Below are positions 31,006-41,019 of a DNA stretch of 64,000 nt, piece by piece. This stretch comes from an uncultured Acidobacteriota bacterium (GTDB lineage Bacteria; Acidobacteriota; UBA6911; RPQK01; JAPXNP01). The translations under genes were made by a program, and so were the position numbers. The notes under the pieces were generated by a model that was not told the origin of the DNA, did not search any database, and was given only the letters and a program-made list of their open reading frames with translations. How positions within the stretch are numbered: position 1 is the stretch's first letter; each line of letters begins with the position of its first letter. The stretch is taken from assembly GCA_963777605.1 (NCBI GenBank), contig CAVZRV010000031.1, positions 1 to 64,000 on the forward strand, in the 5' to 3' direction.

Positions 31006-31544
31006 TCGCTCCACCCGCCGGACCACCCGAGACGCCGTCACCCTCCAACAATTTCAGGAGTTTCCGTCAAAACCGCATGGCGCAATGATTCGATCGCCAC
31101 TCGCGTCATCTCGTGTACTGCAGGAAGCCGATCACCGACGACCCCCGCAAAATCCGGGAGGAAGCCGCGTCGACACAACCCGATCCGCCGATCCCCGTCA
31201 TTGTTCGAAACTGCGTCGCGCTCTCTTGCAAGGAGCCAAAACCAGAGCAACCCGTACCAGACGAAATAGGCATCCATCATGGACTGGAGAGAAATCGACG
31301 CACCGGTCCAGGGCGATTCGACTTTCGAAGCACCTGACTTGCCATCGGCGATAAGAGAGCCGCCGATCTCACTTACGTCGATCAGCGAGTGAATGGCCTC
31401 GTGCAGTAGAGCAGCAGTCAGGTCATAGTGGCCCGCGACGTCCGGATTCACCAAAACCGTGCGTCCCGGATACCAACCCGAGGAGAAGGAGCCGTATCGG
31501 GATTCCAGGTTAGGGACCGATAAGGGAACAACGACCTAGGTGAA
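31006..31544 (-). pseudogene. Diverged duplicate of the 3' half of the HExxH gene (copy of ~3996-4534)
   Basis: ~540-bp direct repeat at offset 27010, about 15 substitutions including AAG>TAG. Confidence 0.9.
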
Positions 31545-31663
31545 TCGTTCGCGGAGGCAGACCGGGCAACCGATGCTCGCACCGCTCCGCATTAATGGCT
31601 ATTGCAATCCGGCTGGAATTGTCATAACCTCTGAGTCAATACATCGCTCCAATTTTACATAAT

Positions 31664-32005
31664 ATGGACGAGTTCATTCGCGCCAGATCAATGCTTGCAC
31701 CGGGGATTGCCGGGGCTACTACCACGTTGATTACGGGGACCCTGGTGACCCAGTTCGACTCCCTACCCGGTAATTGGACCGCGCTGATCATCAGCTTCCT
31801 GATCGGCCTCGTGATCCTGGGCGACCGCTCGGTTTCGGGCGGACAGCGGATCCTTCTCTACTTCATCAACTCCCTGATCATCTTCTCGGTGGCATCGGGC
31901 ATCAACACCGCCGGGGTCGCAGCAACGCAAAGTCGGAAGCCGGCAACGCGGGTCCTTCAGCCGGCGGAAATGGGTCCCAAACCCTTCTTTCATGAATGGT
32001 TCTGA
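31664..32005 (+). CDS. Small multi-pass membrane protein
   Basis: Three hydrophobic segments; first gene of the + strand cluster. Confidence 0.7.
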   Translation: MDEFIRARSMLAPGIAGATTTLITGTLVTQFDSLPGNWTALIISFLIGLVILGDRSVSGGQRILLYFINSLIIFSVASGINTAGVAATQSRKPATRVLQPAEMGPKPFFHEWF

Positions 32006-32138
32006 AGGACCTTTGTGTTACAGATCACCAGGCTCGGGCCGTCCAGCGTGTCGAGACCAGTTGGAGCAAACCAGGGTGGCCTTCTCGGCGCGCCGAGAGG
32101 TAAGGCCCCCCTTTTGAGCCGGACAGAGGGAGTCCTCC

Positions 32139-32981
32139 ATGCGGACCGCAACACGTCTTTGCCTTCTGATGTCACTCGCGCTTCCGGTCGCCAACTGTTC
32201 CCTGGTTCAAGAGGCCGCCCGGCCGGTCGCCCCGGGTCAATTCCGACTGATTCGCCTGCCGGTACTCATTCTTGGGCAGGAGGCGCCCGGGCCGGCTGAG
32301 GCGAGGCTCACCCTGTCCATCGGGACCGATGATGAACTGCCTCAAGGCCCTCAGGGCTTTGAAGTCCTTCCTGACGAGAGCATTGTTGTCACCGACCCCC
32401 TGGCGCATCGCCTAGCGATTTTCGACGGCCAGGGAGATTTTTTGCGGGCCTTCGACATCGGCTTTGCCGCTGACAGCGTTCGCTTCGAAGACAGCCTGCT
32501 CCTGATCCGGCGCGCGTTCACGGGAGAGGAGTACTCACTCGATCTCACGGGAAATCTCCCGCCTCAGCTCCGTGGCCGTGCCCGCGACCTGGCGGGTGGT
32601 GACCGGGCACTGATGGTGGAGCCGGGAGTTGGAGAGATCACCCCCAGTTCAGCTCGCGGGCTGGAGCAAGCCTCTTTCCCGGTGCGGATGAATGGGGATG
32701 AGAATCCCCTGATCTCACTTCGTTATCTGGGCAGCGATAAAAACGGTTTTCATTATGTTGCCCTGGAGACCGCAGAGGTCGGAGACGCAGTTGAAGTCGC
32801 CAAGCGTCTGCGAAAATACGGGCCGAACGGCGAACTGATCGCCGAGGCTCCAGACATTCCCAACGACTACTTTGTGAGTCCGGTTGACGAGTTTCGCCTT
32901 CACGGCCAGTCAGTTTTCCACCTGGTCCCACTTCGCAACGAGGTGCGGATCGAAATCTGGGAGACCGGCGATGAGCGCTGA
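32139..32981 (+). CDS. Exported protein with NHL/beta-propeller-like segment
   Basis: Signal peptide with Cys; GPQGFEV...IVVTDPLAHRLAIFD. Confidence 0.7.
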   Translation: MRTATRLCLLMSLALPVANCSLVQEAARPVAPGQFRLIRLPVLILGQEAPGPAEARLTLSIGTDDELPQGPQGFEVLPDESIVVTDPLAHRLAIFDGQGDFLRAFDIGFAADSVRFEDSLLLIRRAFTGEEYSLDLTGNLPPQLRGRARDLAGGDRALMVEPGVGEITPSSARGLEQASFPVRMNGDENPLISLRYLGSDKNGFHYVALETAEVGDAVEVAKRLRKYGPNGELIAEAPDIPNDYFVSPVDEFRLHGQSVFHLVPLRNEVRIEIWETGDER

Positions 32982-33025
32982 GGCCTCGGACGGACAGACC
33001 CGGCAGGATAAACGGTGAAACCTCG

Positions 33026-33670
33026 ATGAAAGCCATCTCCCGAATCTCGATTATTGCGCTCGCATCCGGGATGCTTTTCACCCTCCGGGGCCAGCCGGTT
33101 CGTGAATTGCCTCCCCTGACACGTGACCAGATCATCAGCACTGCACGCCAGTTCGCGGAACACCGGTGGACCTGCAAAGAGAGAAACCGCCACGCTCCGT
33201 GCGTCCCCAGCGGTTACTCCAGTGACTGGAAGGCCCAAGAGACCGTAACCGGGGTTCCCTACGATTGGGGCGGCATGGACTCGCCCGAAGTCTTCGACAG
33301 AAAGCTGGCTTCGGGTCAGGCGGCCGGCTCTCATTCCAGGCACGGAATTACCGACTGCACTGCGGGCATCGATTGCTCGGGTTTCGTCTGCTTTTGCTGG
33401 GGCCAGCCGGCTGTACACGAGTTTTCGACCCAGACCATTCGGTCCATCTCGGGGCGGCCCCGATACAACTGGTACACGGACATGAAGCCCGGAGATGCCC
33501 TCAATAAGCCCGGCAGCCACGTGGTGTTGTTCGCCGGGTACCGGCCGGATGGGAATCCCATAGTCTTCGAGGCTTCCGGCAGTGCAGGCAGGGTAATTCT
33601 AAACGACTGGAGTACTTGGTCCCGATTCAAGGGCTACTACCCTCTCCAATACAGCAGGGTCGTGCAATGA
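33026..33670 (+). CDS. Secreted NlpC/P60-like cysteine peptidase
   Basis: PYDWGG, GIDCSGFV, KPGDAL....SHVVLF. Confidence 0.8.
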   Translation: MKAISRISIIALASGMLFTLRGQPVRELPPLTRDQIISTARQFAEHRWTCKERNRHAPCVPSGYSSDWKAQETVTGVPYDWGGMDSPEVFDRKLASGQAAGSHSRHGITDCTAGIDCSGFVCFCWGQPAVHEFSTQTIRSISGRPRYNWYTDMKPGDALNKPGSHVVLFAGYRPDGNPIVFEASGSAGRVILNDWSTWSRFKGYYPLQYSRVVQ

Positions 33671-33692
33671 GACTCCCTCCTGGAGGATTAAG

Positions 33693-35738
33693 ATGAGAGC
33701 ATCCTGGCCTACCATCATTCTTTGCCTCACTTGCCTGCTTGTCGGCTGTTCGGACACTACCGGCGTGCCAGATTCTTCGAGTCCTTCGGGCCGCCGGCAG
33801 GAGTTTGGGCAACCGCCAGCCGGCAGCGAAGTCGAGTACGCTGACCCGACCCGACCGGCAACCAAGTGGGCACTGCTAGTGGGGATTAACGAATATCGTT
33901 ATCCTTCCCGGGTGTCTTCCCTGGCCGGCTGCGTCAACGACGTTGAGCTGATGAAGAGCGTGTTGATCGGGAAGTACGAGTACCCTGAAAGCCAAGTCCT
34001 GGTACTAACCAATGAGGCCGCTACCCACCAGGGGATTCTCCATGCATTCAGGGACCACCTGATTCGCAACGCCCAGCGCGATGACGTAGTCATTTTTCAT
34101 TACAGCGGTCACGGTTCGCAAATGCGAGACACTTCCGGGGACGAACTGGACGGCTGGGACGAGACGCTGGTCCCCCATGACAGCCGGGATCCGGAAGGTA
34201 AGGTTTTCGATATCAGCGACGACGAACTCAACACGCTTTTCCTCGAGCTCCAGCAGCGCACGCGAAATATCACGTTCATACTCGACAGCTGCAACTCGGG
34301 TACGGCTCTTCGAGCCGCAGGAAACGTCCGGAGGATCGCCCCTGACGAACGCACGCCGCCGGCTGAGCCTGGCGATTCCGGAACGCGGGGCGTCAGTGAA
34401 GGGTCCAACGATTGGAGGCCGGACAATCTCAACTACACTCTGATTTCGGGATGCCTTGCCGGAGAAAGTTCCTTTGAGCACTGGGCTGACAACCGGGAGC
34501 ACGGTGCCCTAACCTACTTCCTGGCCAGCCAGTTACGACAGGCAAGTCCCCAAAGTACCTACCGCGATGTCATGGATGCGGTCAGTGGAAAGGTCAACGC
34601 CCGCTATCCCGCTCAGCACCCTCAATTGGAGGGCGCGGGCTCGGACAAGGTCATTTTCGGGGACACTACCGTCCTGGCGAGACCCTTTGTCCTCTGCTCT
34701 CCACGGAGCCAGGGCACGGTTGAACTTCAGGCCGGCCAGGCATACGGAGCGACCATTGGCTCGGTTTTTGAGATCTTTGCCCCCGGCACGAAAGACTTCG
34801 GCAACACGGATAATCCCCTTGGCAGGTGCCAGGTGACACAGGTCGGGAATTTTAGTTCCGTCGCGAAACTGTCTACTCCGGTCACCATCCCGAACTTCTC
34901 CCGGGCGGTTGAATGGGATCACAGCTACCCGGAGTTTCGCCTGCGGGTCCATCTCCAGGGACTGGGGAACTCGCCGGCGCTGCGGGGAGTCCGGGAGGAA
35001 CTGGAGCAGTATCACCACCTCGAGTTCCAGCTGCAGCCCCGTGACTACCACGTACTGTTGCGCCAGGCCGGTGCTGAAATTGTCATGGAAGGGGGAGACC
35101 AGACGGAAATTGCACCCCGTACTCCCATCGACGACGCCGATGCTGTGGGGCTCGTGGTCCGCCGAACCCTGGATTGGGCCAAGTGGTTCAATATTCTATC
35201 GATTGCAAACCCGTCTCCGGGTCTCGATGTTCGATTGTCGGTTTCGGAGGCGGAGGGGGACGGAGGACGGGGGACCCCACTCCGCCGGATCGGGGCTCCG
35301 ACGCTCGTGCTGCAAGACGGTCAAGCGTTCGAGTGCAAGGTCGAAAACCGGTCGGACAAGGGCGTCTATCTTTCGATCCTGGATCTGTCCACGGACGGCA
35401 GCGTATCGATGGTGTATCCCCAATCGGGCACCGCCGACTTGCTGGTCCCAAACGGTGTCTGGCAGCGGCGCCTGAACACCTTTGTGCCAGATGGTCGGAG
35501 CTCCGTCAGGGATGTACTGAAAGTGTTCGCGACAACGAGCCCGGTGGACTTCCGATTCCTGCAACGGGACCCAGTGCGAGGGGGAGTCGCGCCGGAGGAG
35601 TTGAGCCGAAGCCTCGGGACGCCCTTGCGACAGCTGATTTCGTCGGTCGCCCTCGGCACGACCCGGAACGTGTCTTCCCCGGTTCCCTTGGGGGACTGGA
35701 GCACTTCCGAGCAGGTGATTGAAGTCAGGCGCGAGTAA
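33693..35738 (+). CDS. Lipoprotein caspase-family (C14) protease with C-terminal DUF4384-like domain
   Basis: LLVGC lipobox, ALLVGINEY, HYSGHG, DETLVPHD, LDSCNSG, HGALT, QHPQLEG. Confidence 0.9.
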   Translation: MRASWPTIILCLTCLLVGCSDTTGVPDSSSPSGRRQEFGQPPAGSEVEYADPTRPATKWALLVGINEYRYPSRVSSLAGCVNDVELMKSVLIGKYEYPESQVLVLTNEAATHQGILHAFRDHLIRNAQRDDVVIFHYSGHGSQMRDTSGDELDGWDETLVPHDSRDPEGKVFDISDDELNTLFLELQQRTRNITFILDSCNSGTALRAAGNVRRIAPDERTPPAEPGDSGTRGVSEGSNDWRPDNLNYTLISGCLAGESSFEHWADNREHGALTYFLASQLRQASPQSTYRDVMDAVSGKVNARYPAQHPQLEGAGSDKVIFGDTTVLARPFVLCSPRSQGTVELQAGQAYGATIGSVFEIFAPGTKDFGNTDNPLGRCQVTQVGNFSSVAKLSTPVTIPNFSRAVEWDHSYPEFRLRVHLQGLGNSPALRGVREELEQYHHLEFQLQPRDYHVLLRQAGAEIVMEGGDQTEIAPRTPIDDADAVGLVVRRTLDWAKWFNILSIANPSPGLDVRLSVSEAEGDGGRGTPLRRIGAPTLVLQDGQAFECKVENRSDKGVYLSILDLSTDGSVSMVYPQSGTADLLVPNGVWQRRLNTFVPDGRSSVRDVLKVFATTSPVDFRFLQRDPVRGGVAPEELSRSLGTPLRQLISSVALGTTRNVSSPVPLGDWSTSEQVIEVRRE

Positions 35739-35885
35739 GCTGATCCCGATGGTGGCCAGGTATGAGATTTTGACGCAGTCGAAAATCGACCCTCTGGGAG
35801 TCTATTTCAAGCGAAAGGCCAAGATGAATTCTGTCATTTCTGGCGTATCCGGGAATTCGCCGACTAAATCGAGGGAGGGCCCAGC

Positions 35886-37931
35886 ATGTCGCTGATCCGA
35901 CTCACAGCCGCATTCACTCTAGTCGCTCTACTGGTCAGCTGCCAGACCACCGACGTTCGGGATCGCGGAGTCGTGCTCAAGCCCGAACCACTTGAGATCA
36001 GCGATTTCGGCACCTTCCGCGCCCTAATCATCGGCATCAACGGTTACAAGCATTGGCCGGTCCTCCAGTTTGCGGAATCGGACGCGCGAGACATCCGGGA
36101 GATATTGATCTCCAGCTACGGTTTCCAGCCTGAGAACGTACTGTCTCTCATCGGGTCGGAGGCGACGGAGAGCCGCATCCTGAACTCACTGAAAAGCCTG
36201 CTGAACCAGGCCACCGGGCAGGACAACATCCTCGTGTATTACGCAGGACACGGTCAACTGGATCCGCTGACTGACACGGGCAACTGGATACCGGTCGACG
36301 GAGAGCTTTACGACGAGTCCTCCTGGATTCCATTTTCCGTCGTTCGAACTCTCGTCACGGCCGAAAAGGTGAAGGCGGGAAGGATCCTGATCATTACCGA
36401 TTCCTGTTACGGTGGAGCGCTGGCTCGCTCCGGGCCGACTCCGGGAAAGCTCAATCCCGAGGACTCCGGTTATATCGAGTCATTGAAGAAAGTGCTTGGC
36501 AAGAAGAGCCGCCAGACCATAGCGTCCGGCGGGTTCGAGCAGGTTCCAGACCGAAGCCATTTTGCTGAGCTGCTGAAGGGCGCCCTCCGAATGAACCCGT
36601 ATCCGGTGATTGACATGGAGTTCATCTTCTACACCGAAGTGTTTCCCCATCTCAGGCTCATCGGGACTCAGTACCCGACTATGGTTCGCATGGTGAACGG
36701 GCCGGAGGAGAACGGACAATTCATTCTCGTCAAGGACGGCGCGACCCTGGATGCGCTGAACAGCGAAGAGGGGGAAACGGACGACAGACCCGATCAGACC
36801 CCGAAAGAGCCGGACGCCAAGACCCAGGCGGACATGGAGTTCTGGAATGAGATCAAGGACTCTTCGGACCCTGAGTTTCTGCAGGAGTACCTCCGTCAGT
36901 TCCCGGACGGGATCTTTGCCCTGATTGCCCAGAAACGCCTGGACGACTTGATTTCACCCGATCAGCCGAGCTTGAGGGTTCCCAAGCTTGTGGGGATGAA
37001 CGTCAAAAGCGCGCTGGACATCCTGGTTGGACTGGGGTTCAAAGAAGGCCGCATCACCACCGAGAACAGCGGAGCGAGCGACGGCACGGTACTTACGCAG
37101 GACCCGGCTCCCGAGTCCCCTGCTGCCGATGGCGCATTGATCAATCTGGTCGTGGCCAAAGCGTCGGAAAAACTCAGAATGCCCCAACTCATCGGCTCCA
37201 GCCGCGCCAAAGTGGCAGACGCACTCGCCAAGTACGGACTGCTCATTGGAAAAGTAGCGTACGTCAGTCCGAAGGAGGCCGGAGTAAAGGAAGCGGGCAT
37301 CGTGGTGAAGCAGTCTCCTGAGCAGGGAATACCGGTCGAACCGAAGACGTCGGTCGACCTCGTTTTCACTCAGTGGGAGTTGACTGTGCCGGACCTGGCC
37401 GATATGCCTGAAGAGCGGGCGGTCGCGCTGATCCAGAAATCCGGCCTGACGGTCGGCGAGATCAAGCGGGTCCAGAAAGGCGAGGTCGGCAAAGTCATCG
37501 GCCAGTCACCCAGGGCCGGAACTCCGGTTGAGCCCGGCGCTGAAATCCTGCTCTATATAGCTTCGGCGTCCCCAGGCAAGTCTCTCGAAGCCATTGCGAA
37601 GTCGAGAAATATCGTCGCCCGGACTCTGAACCCCAGCTTGGCTGCCCCTGGCCTCAACAGCCCATCCAATGGGCAAGTGTTCGGTCACTATCCCCGCAAG
37701 ACTGAATTGAGCTGGAACCCGGTTGGAGGGGCGGTGAGCTATGTTGTTGAAGCCGAGTTTCAATCGGGCTCGGTCTGGCAGCCTCTCTTCACACAGGACG
37801 GCGTCGGGTCTACTCGATACACCTTCAACTTCATCGGAGCCCAGCCAGGTCGATGGAGGGTTTGGGCGATCGACTCGCATGGAAAAGCAGGACAAAGATC
37901 CGGTTGGTGGAGTTTCCGATACACCCGTTAG
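35886..37931 (+). CDS. Lipoprotein caspase-family protease with three PASTA repeats and FN3-like C-terminus
   Basis: LLVSC lipobox, YYAGHG, DSCYGG; VPKLVG/MPQLIG/VPDLAD repeats each followed by V..QxP. Confidence 0.88.
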   Translation: MSLIRLTAAFTLVALLVSCQTTDVRDRGVVLKPEPLEISDFGTFRALIIGINGYKHWPVLQFAESDARDIREILISSYGFQPENVLSLIGSEATESRILNSLKSLLNQATGQDNILVYYAGHGQLDPLTDTGNWIPVDGELYDESSWIPFSVVRTLVTAEKVKAGRILIITDSCYGGALARSGPTPGKLNPEDSGYIESLKKVLGKKSRQTIASGGFEQVPDRSHFAELLKGALRMNPYPVIDMEFIFYTEVFPHLRLIGTQYPTMVRMVNGPEENGQFILVKDGATLDALNSEEGETDDRPDQTPKEPDAKTQADMEFWNEIKDSSDPEFLQEYLRQFPDGIFALIAQKRLDDLISPDQPSLRVPKLVGMNVKSALDILVGLGFKEGRITTENSGASDGTVLTQDPAPESPAADGALINLVVAKASEKLRMPQLIGSSRAKVADALAKYGLLIGKVAYVSPKEAGVKEAGIVVKQSPEQGIPVEPKTSVDLVFTQWELTVPDLADMPEERAVALIQKSGLTVGEIKRVQKGEVGKVIGQSPRAGTPVEPGAEILLYIASASPGKSLEAIAKSRNIVARTLNPSLAAPGLNSPSNGQVFGHYPRKTELSWNPVGGAVSYVVEAEFQSGSVWQPLFTQDGVGSTRYTFNFIGAQPGRWRVWAIDSHGKAGQRSGWWSFRYTR

Positions 37932-37981
37932 CGGAGAGGAACCACAAGTGAGTCCCCCCAATTTCTAAGGAGATTCAATTC

Positions 37982-38338
37982 ATGAAAAAGAAGCTATCAA
38001 TGGCCGATCACAAGACCCTGTCACTGGTGTCAAGTGTCCTGCTGCTGTGGTCCTTTTCCCAGACCATGGCTGTCCCTCCGCTCTTCTTCCGGCCCGAGCT
38101 GGTCCAACCAGCGGCAACCGTTTGCCCGGGGCCCGCGGAGGGGTTTGAGCTGCTCGTTCAAGACGCAGACGCTGACCGAGGTTGCTGCCAGTGGAAAGAC
38201 TCCAAGGGAAACAAGTGCTCCTATACGAACCGGGGTTACTGCCGCAAGAAGGCTGAAGAACTTCAGGTCCAGTTCGAGTTTCACAAAGACAAGACCTGCC
38301 AGACGGTTGGCGGCTGCCCGGCGGTGACACCCCCTTGA
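37982..38338 (+). CDS. Small secreted Cys-rich protein
   Basis: AAGGAG RBS, signal peptide, 7 Cys in the mature part. Confidence 0.7.
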   Translation: MKKKLSMADHKTLSLVSSVLLLWSFSQTMAVPPLFFRPELVQPAATVCPGPAEGFELLVQDADADRGCCQWKDSKGNKCSYTNRGYCRKKAEELQVQFEFHKDKTCQTVGGCPAVTPP

Positions 38339-38570
38339 AGCTCGCTGAACCATCGCGTGAAGTTCTTGTGAGTGAAATTCACGAAATCACGGGACTCTTG
38401 GCTCTGCTGAGGATATAATCGCTCTCAAATATCCAATCCATTCCATCATCAAGTACGGGTTCCAGATAACTTGAAGCCTTCCTGAAGAAAACCCGGGCTG
38501 GTGTCCAGGTTAGATGGTCGGTTTCTGCTGGCCCGACGCACTGCACCATCACGGTGCGAAAGGGGGGACT

Positions 38571-38891
38571 ATGGATTTGGCGAAACTGCTTTCCTGGATC
38601 CCAGGCTGGCTCGGATTCCTCCTGCTCATTCTGGTCGGCCTGGCCATGACGCTCAACGGTGCGGCCAATTCGAACCTCGATTCGGTGAATCGACTCGGCT
38701 TCCTCGTCTTCGGAATCTGCGCGATCTTGATCGGCGTGTTTTCCTGGATTGCCGGGGGCACTTCGAAGGTGAAGGGACGGGAGGGAACGGTCGGAGTCAA
38801 GGTTGCCGCCTCGGATATGCCCTGGTGGGCGTGGCTCGTTGATGTGGGAGTGCTGGTGATTTCCATCCTGATCTTTGTGATCGGACGATGA
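38571..38891 (+). CDS. Small membrane protein
   Basis: Three hydrophobic helices. Confidence 0.7.
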   Translation: MDLAKLLSWIPGWLGFLLLILVGLAMTLNGAANSNLDSVNRLGFLVFGICAILIGVFSWIAGGTSKVKGREGTVGVKVAASDMPWWAWLVDVGVLVISILIFVIGR

Positions 38892-38916
38892 TCCCACAGA
38901 TTCCACTGGAGGAGTC

Positions 38917-39738
38917 ATGAAAGAGTTGGTCGTTTTTCTCGTGGTCACGCTCGGCGTACTGATCCCATTCTCTTGCTTCGTTGCCCTTGGCTGGCCTGGA
39001 TCTCCAGATCCGTGTGTGACTGATTCCTCTCCCGAACGATCCAACACCTGCTACTGCGAGGCGTTCAATCCCGACGAGATCGGCGAACCCGGAATTCGAC
39101 AACCATTCAGCACCCTTTCAAACCTCTACTCGATCGTTACCGGGGGAATCCTTGCCGGATTTATCTTCTTCTACCGTTCGCGCGGGTTCCCCCCGGGCTC
39201 CAATCGCATGCGGAGCACTCATTTCTACCCCTTGCTGTACCTCGCTGTCGTGATTTTCCTGGGGCTGGGGAGCATGTGGTTTCACGCCTCACTCGTGCAG
39301 TGGGGAGGGGTTTTCGACAACCTGTCCATGTATGCGTTCGCCAATTTCCTGTGGTTCTACACCCTGGTCAGAATGACCGACAACGACCTGGTTTTCTACA
39401 TCGGATACCCAACGAGTGTTGTTGCCTTTACGATTCTTAACGCCCTCGGAGTCCCCGGTTTCGTGATCGTCGCCGTGGTGGCTGCGGTCTACATTATCCT
39501 CGAACTCTGTATCGCGATCTGGATGCCAATGGTGAGAGCCTCGTGGGACACGGCCCTGGCGATATATCTTCCGGCCTGTCTGTCGTTCCTGACTGCCACG
39601 ATCATTTGGCAGTTAGCTCAGACAGGGGGGCCACTCTGTCGGGAGAAATGGGTGTTCCAGTGGCACGGAGTCTGGCATTGGGGTGCAGGCGCGACAGCGA
39701 TGTTGCTGTACTTCTACTGGCGGAAAGCTCCGCGATAG
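38917..39738 (+). CDS. CREST-superfamily (ceramidase-like) membrane hydrolase
   Basis: YCE, STLSN, GSMWFH, D.LSM, WHGVWH; ~7 TM. Confidence 0.8.
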   Translation: MKELVVFLVVTLGVLIPFSCFVALGWPGSPDPCVTDSSPERSNTCYCEAFNPDEIGEPGIRQPFSTLSNLYSIVTGGILAGFIFFYRSRGFPPGSNRMRSTHFYPLLYLAVVIFLGLGSMWFHASLVQWGGVFDNLSMYAFANFLWFYTLVRMTDNDLVFYIGYPTSVVAFTILNALGVPGFVIVAVVAAVYIILELCIAIWMPMVRASWDTALAIYLPACLSFLTATIIWQLAQTGGPLCREKWVFQWHGVWHWGAGATAMLLYFYWRKAPR

Positions 39739-39748
39739 AAAGGCTGGA

Positions 39749-40453
39749 ATGCTGGAGCGACTCCGCCGACCCTTCTTCATCGCCTCCCTCGTCTGCCTGG
39801 TTCTGACGCTCCTGGTGGAACTTGGTTCCTCTGCCCTGCTCGGCCAGGGTGGCTTCGCCGAGCAACTCGATCTGCCGACGCCCGGATATGGAGTCCCCTA
39901 CCTGGCGTTACTTGACGGGCTCCTGCTTCTGACCGTTTCCCTGATCGCACTTGCCCTCTTGCTGCCCGAGCGGGTTCACGGCCGAACCCAGGGAATCGTG
40001 ACTCTTGTTGCCTCTATTCTGATTCTATTCGGTGGGATCAAGGCTGCCATCTCGGCCTTAATCGGCCTGATCCTGATGGTGAGTCTGTTCCTGGCTCCGA
40101 TCTTCGGAACCATCGCCTACATGGCCATGTATTCCCATTTTGACCGTTCGGGAGCGGCCATTGCGTTGAGCATGGCCATGTTCCTGAAGATCCTCTTCGC
40201 CATCCTCCTCGTACTCGGACACCAGCGGTTCCTGGAAAACAAGAGCTTGGTCCTGGTCACGTTGACATCACTCATCGCGACCTGGCTGACTGGTTTTCTT
40301 CACGCCTTCCCGCCAGGAATCCTCGTCAGCATCACCGACGCCCTCGCAGGGCTGATCGTTGCAATCCTCGCGATTATCTGGGCGATTCTCTATCTTCTGT
40401 TCTCGATCTTCTCGGTCATCCGCGTGCTTCGAGTGGATCGAGCGACGGGCTGA
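39749..40453 (+). CDS. Multi-pass membrane protein
   Basis: About 6 hydrophobic helices; PGYGVPYLALLDG, FLAPIFGT.AY, HQRFL.NK. Confidence 0.8.
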   Translation: MLERLRRPFFIASLVCLVLTLLVELGSSALLGQGGFAEQLDLPTPGYGVPYLALLDGLLLLTVSLIALALLLPERVHGRTQGIVTLVASILILFGGIKAAISALIGLILMVSLFLAPIFGTIAYMAMYSHFDRSGAAIALSMAMFLKILFAILLVLGHQRFLENKSLVLVTLTSLIATWLTGFLHAFPPGILVSITDALAGLIVAILAIIWAILYLLFSIFSVIRVLRVDRATG

Positions 40454-40507
40454 CGAAAACAGTCCAGCGCCCTGCTCAGCAGCAGCGGCGCCATTCCACG
40501 CCGCTGT

Positions 40508-41010
40508 CTACTTGAATCGGATCCGACAGGGATTTGAACCGACACAGTCCAGCATCAGTTGCCCGCCGCCTGAAACCACAATGAAGGAACCGCAACGAGG
40601 ATTGTCGAAAGGGCCCTGGCTCTCTCCCCGGGGCAGTTCCATTTTGCACTTGCCGTCCTCGCATCCGTCGTCCCGGGACATCATCTCCATCAATTGCTGG
40701 TCGCCCGTTCCCTGGACCGTGGCCTCATAGACCGCCTCGACCCGGGAATTCGACTCGAGGCAGAACTTCAGAATCCGCACGGAGCTCTTGCTCGGGGAAC
40801 AATCTTCTCCCAGCCGGCGCCTGCAGAGAGGTCCAGGGGAGCAGCCTGCAGCTGGATCGATGGGCTCAGGGAACTGAACGCATCCCGGACACTGTAGGCC
40901 CATCCCGGAGGAGACACCTTCTCGCCCCTGCCTCCATCCATGAACAGAACGAGCACAAATAGCAGCCCAAGGAGAATCAGCACCAGGCAGACGAGCCGAA
41001 AAGAAGTCAT
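40508..41010 (-). pseudogene. Membrane-anchored hypothetical protein, probably frameshifted near 40770
   Basis: ORF 40768-41010 (TM N-terminus) appears to continue in the frame of 40508-40903 (Cys-containing beta domain). Confidence 0.55.
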
Positions 41011-41019
41011 TGCAGTGCC

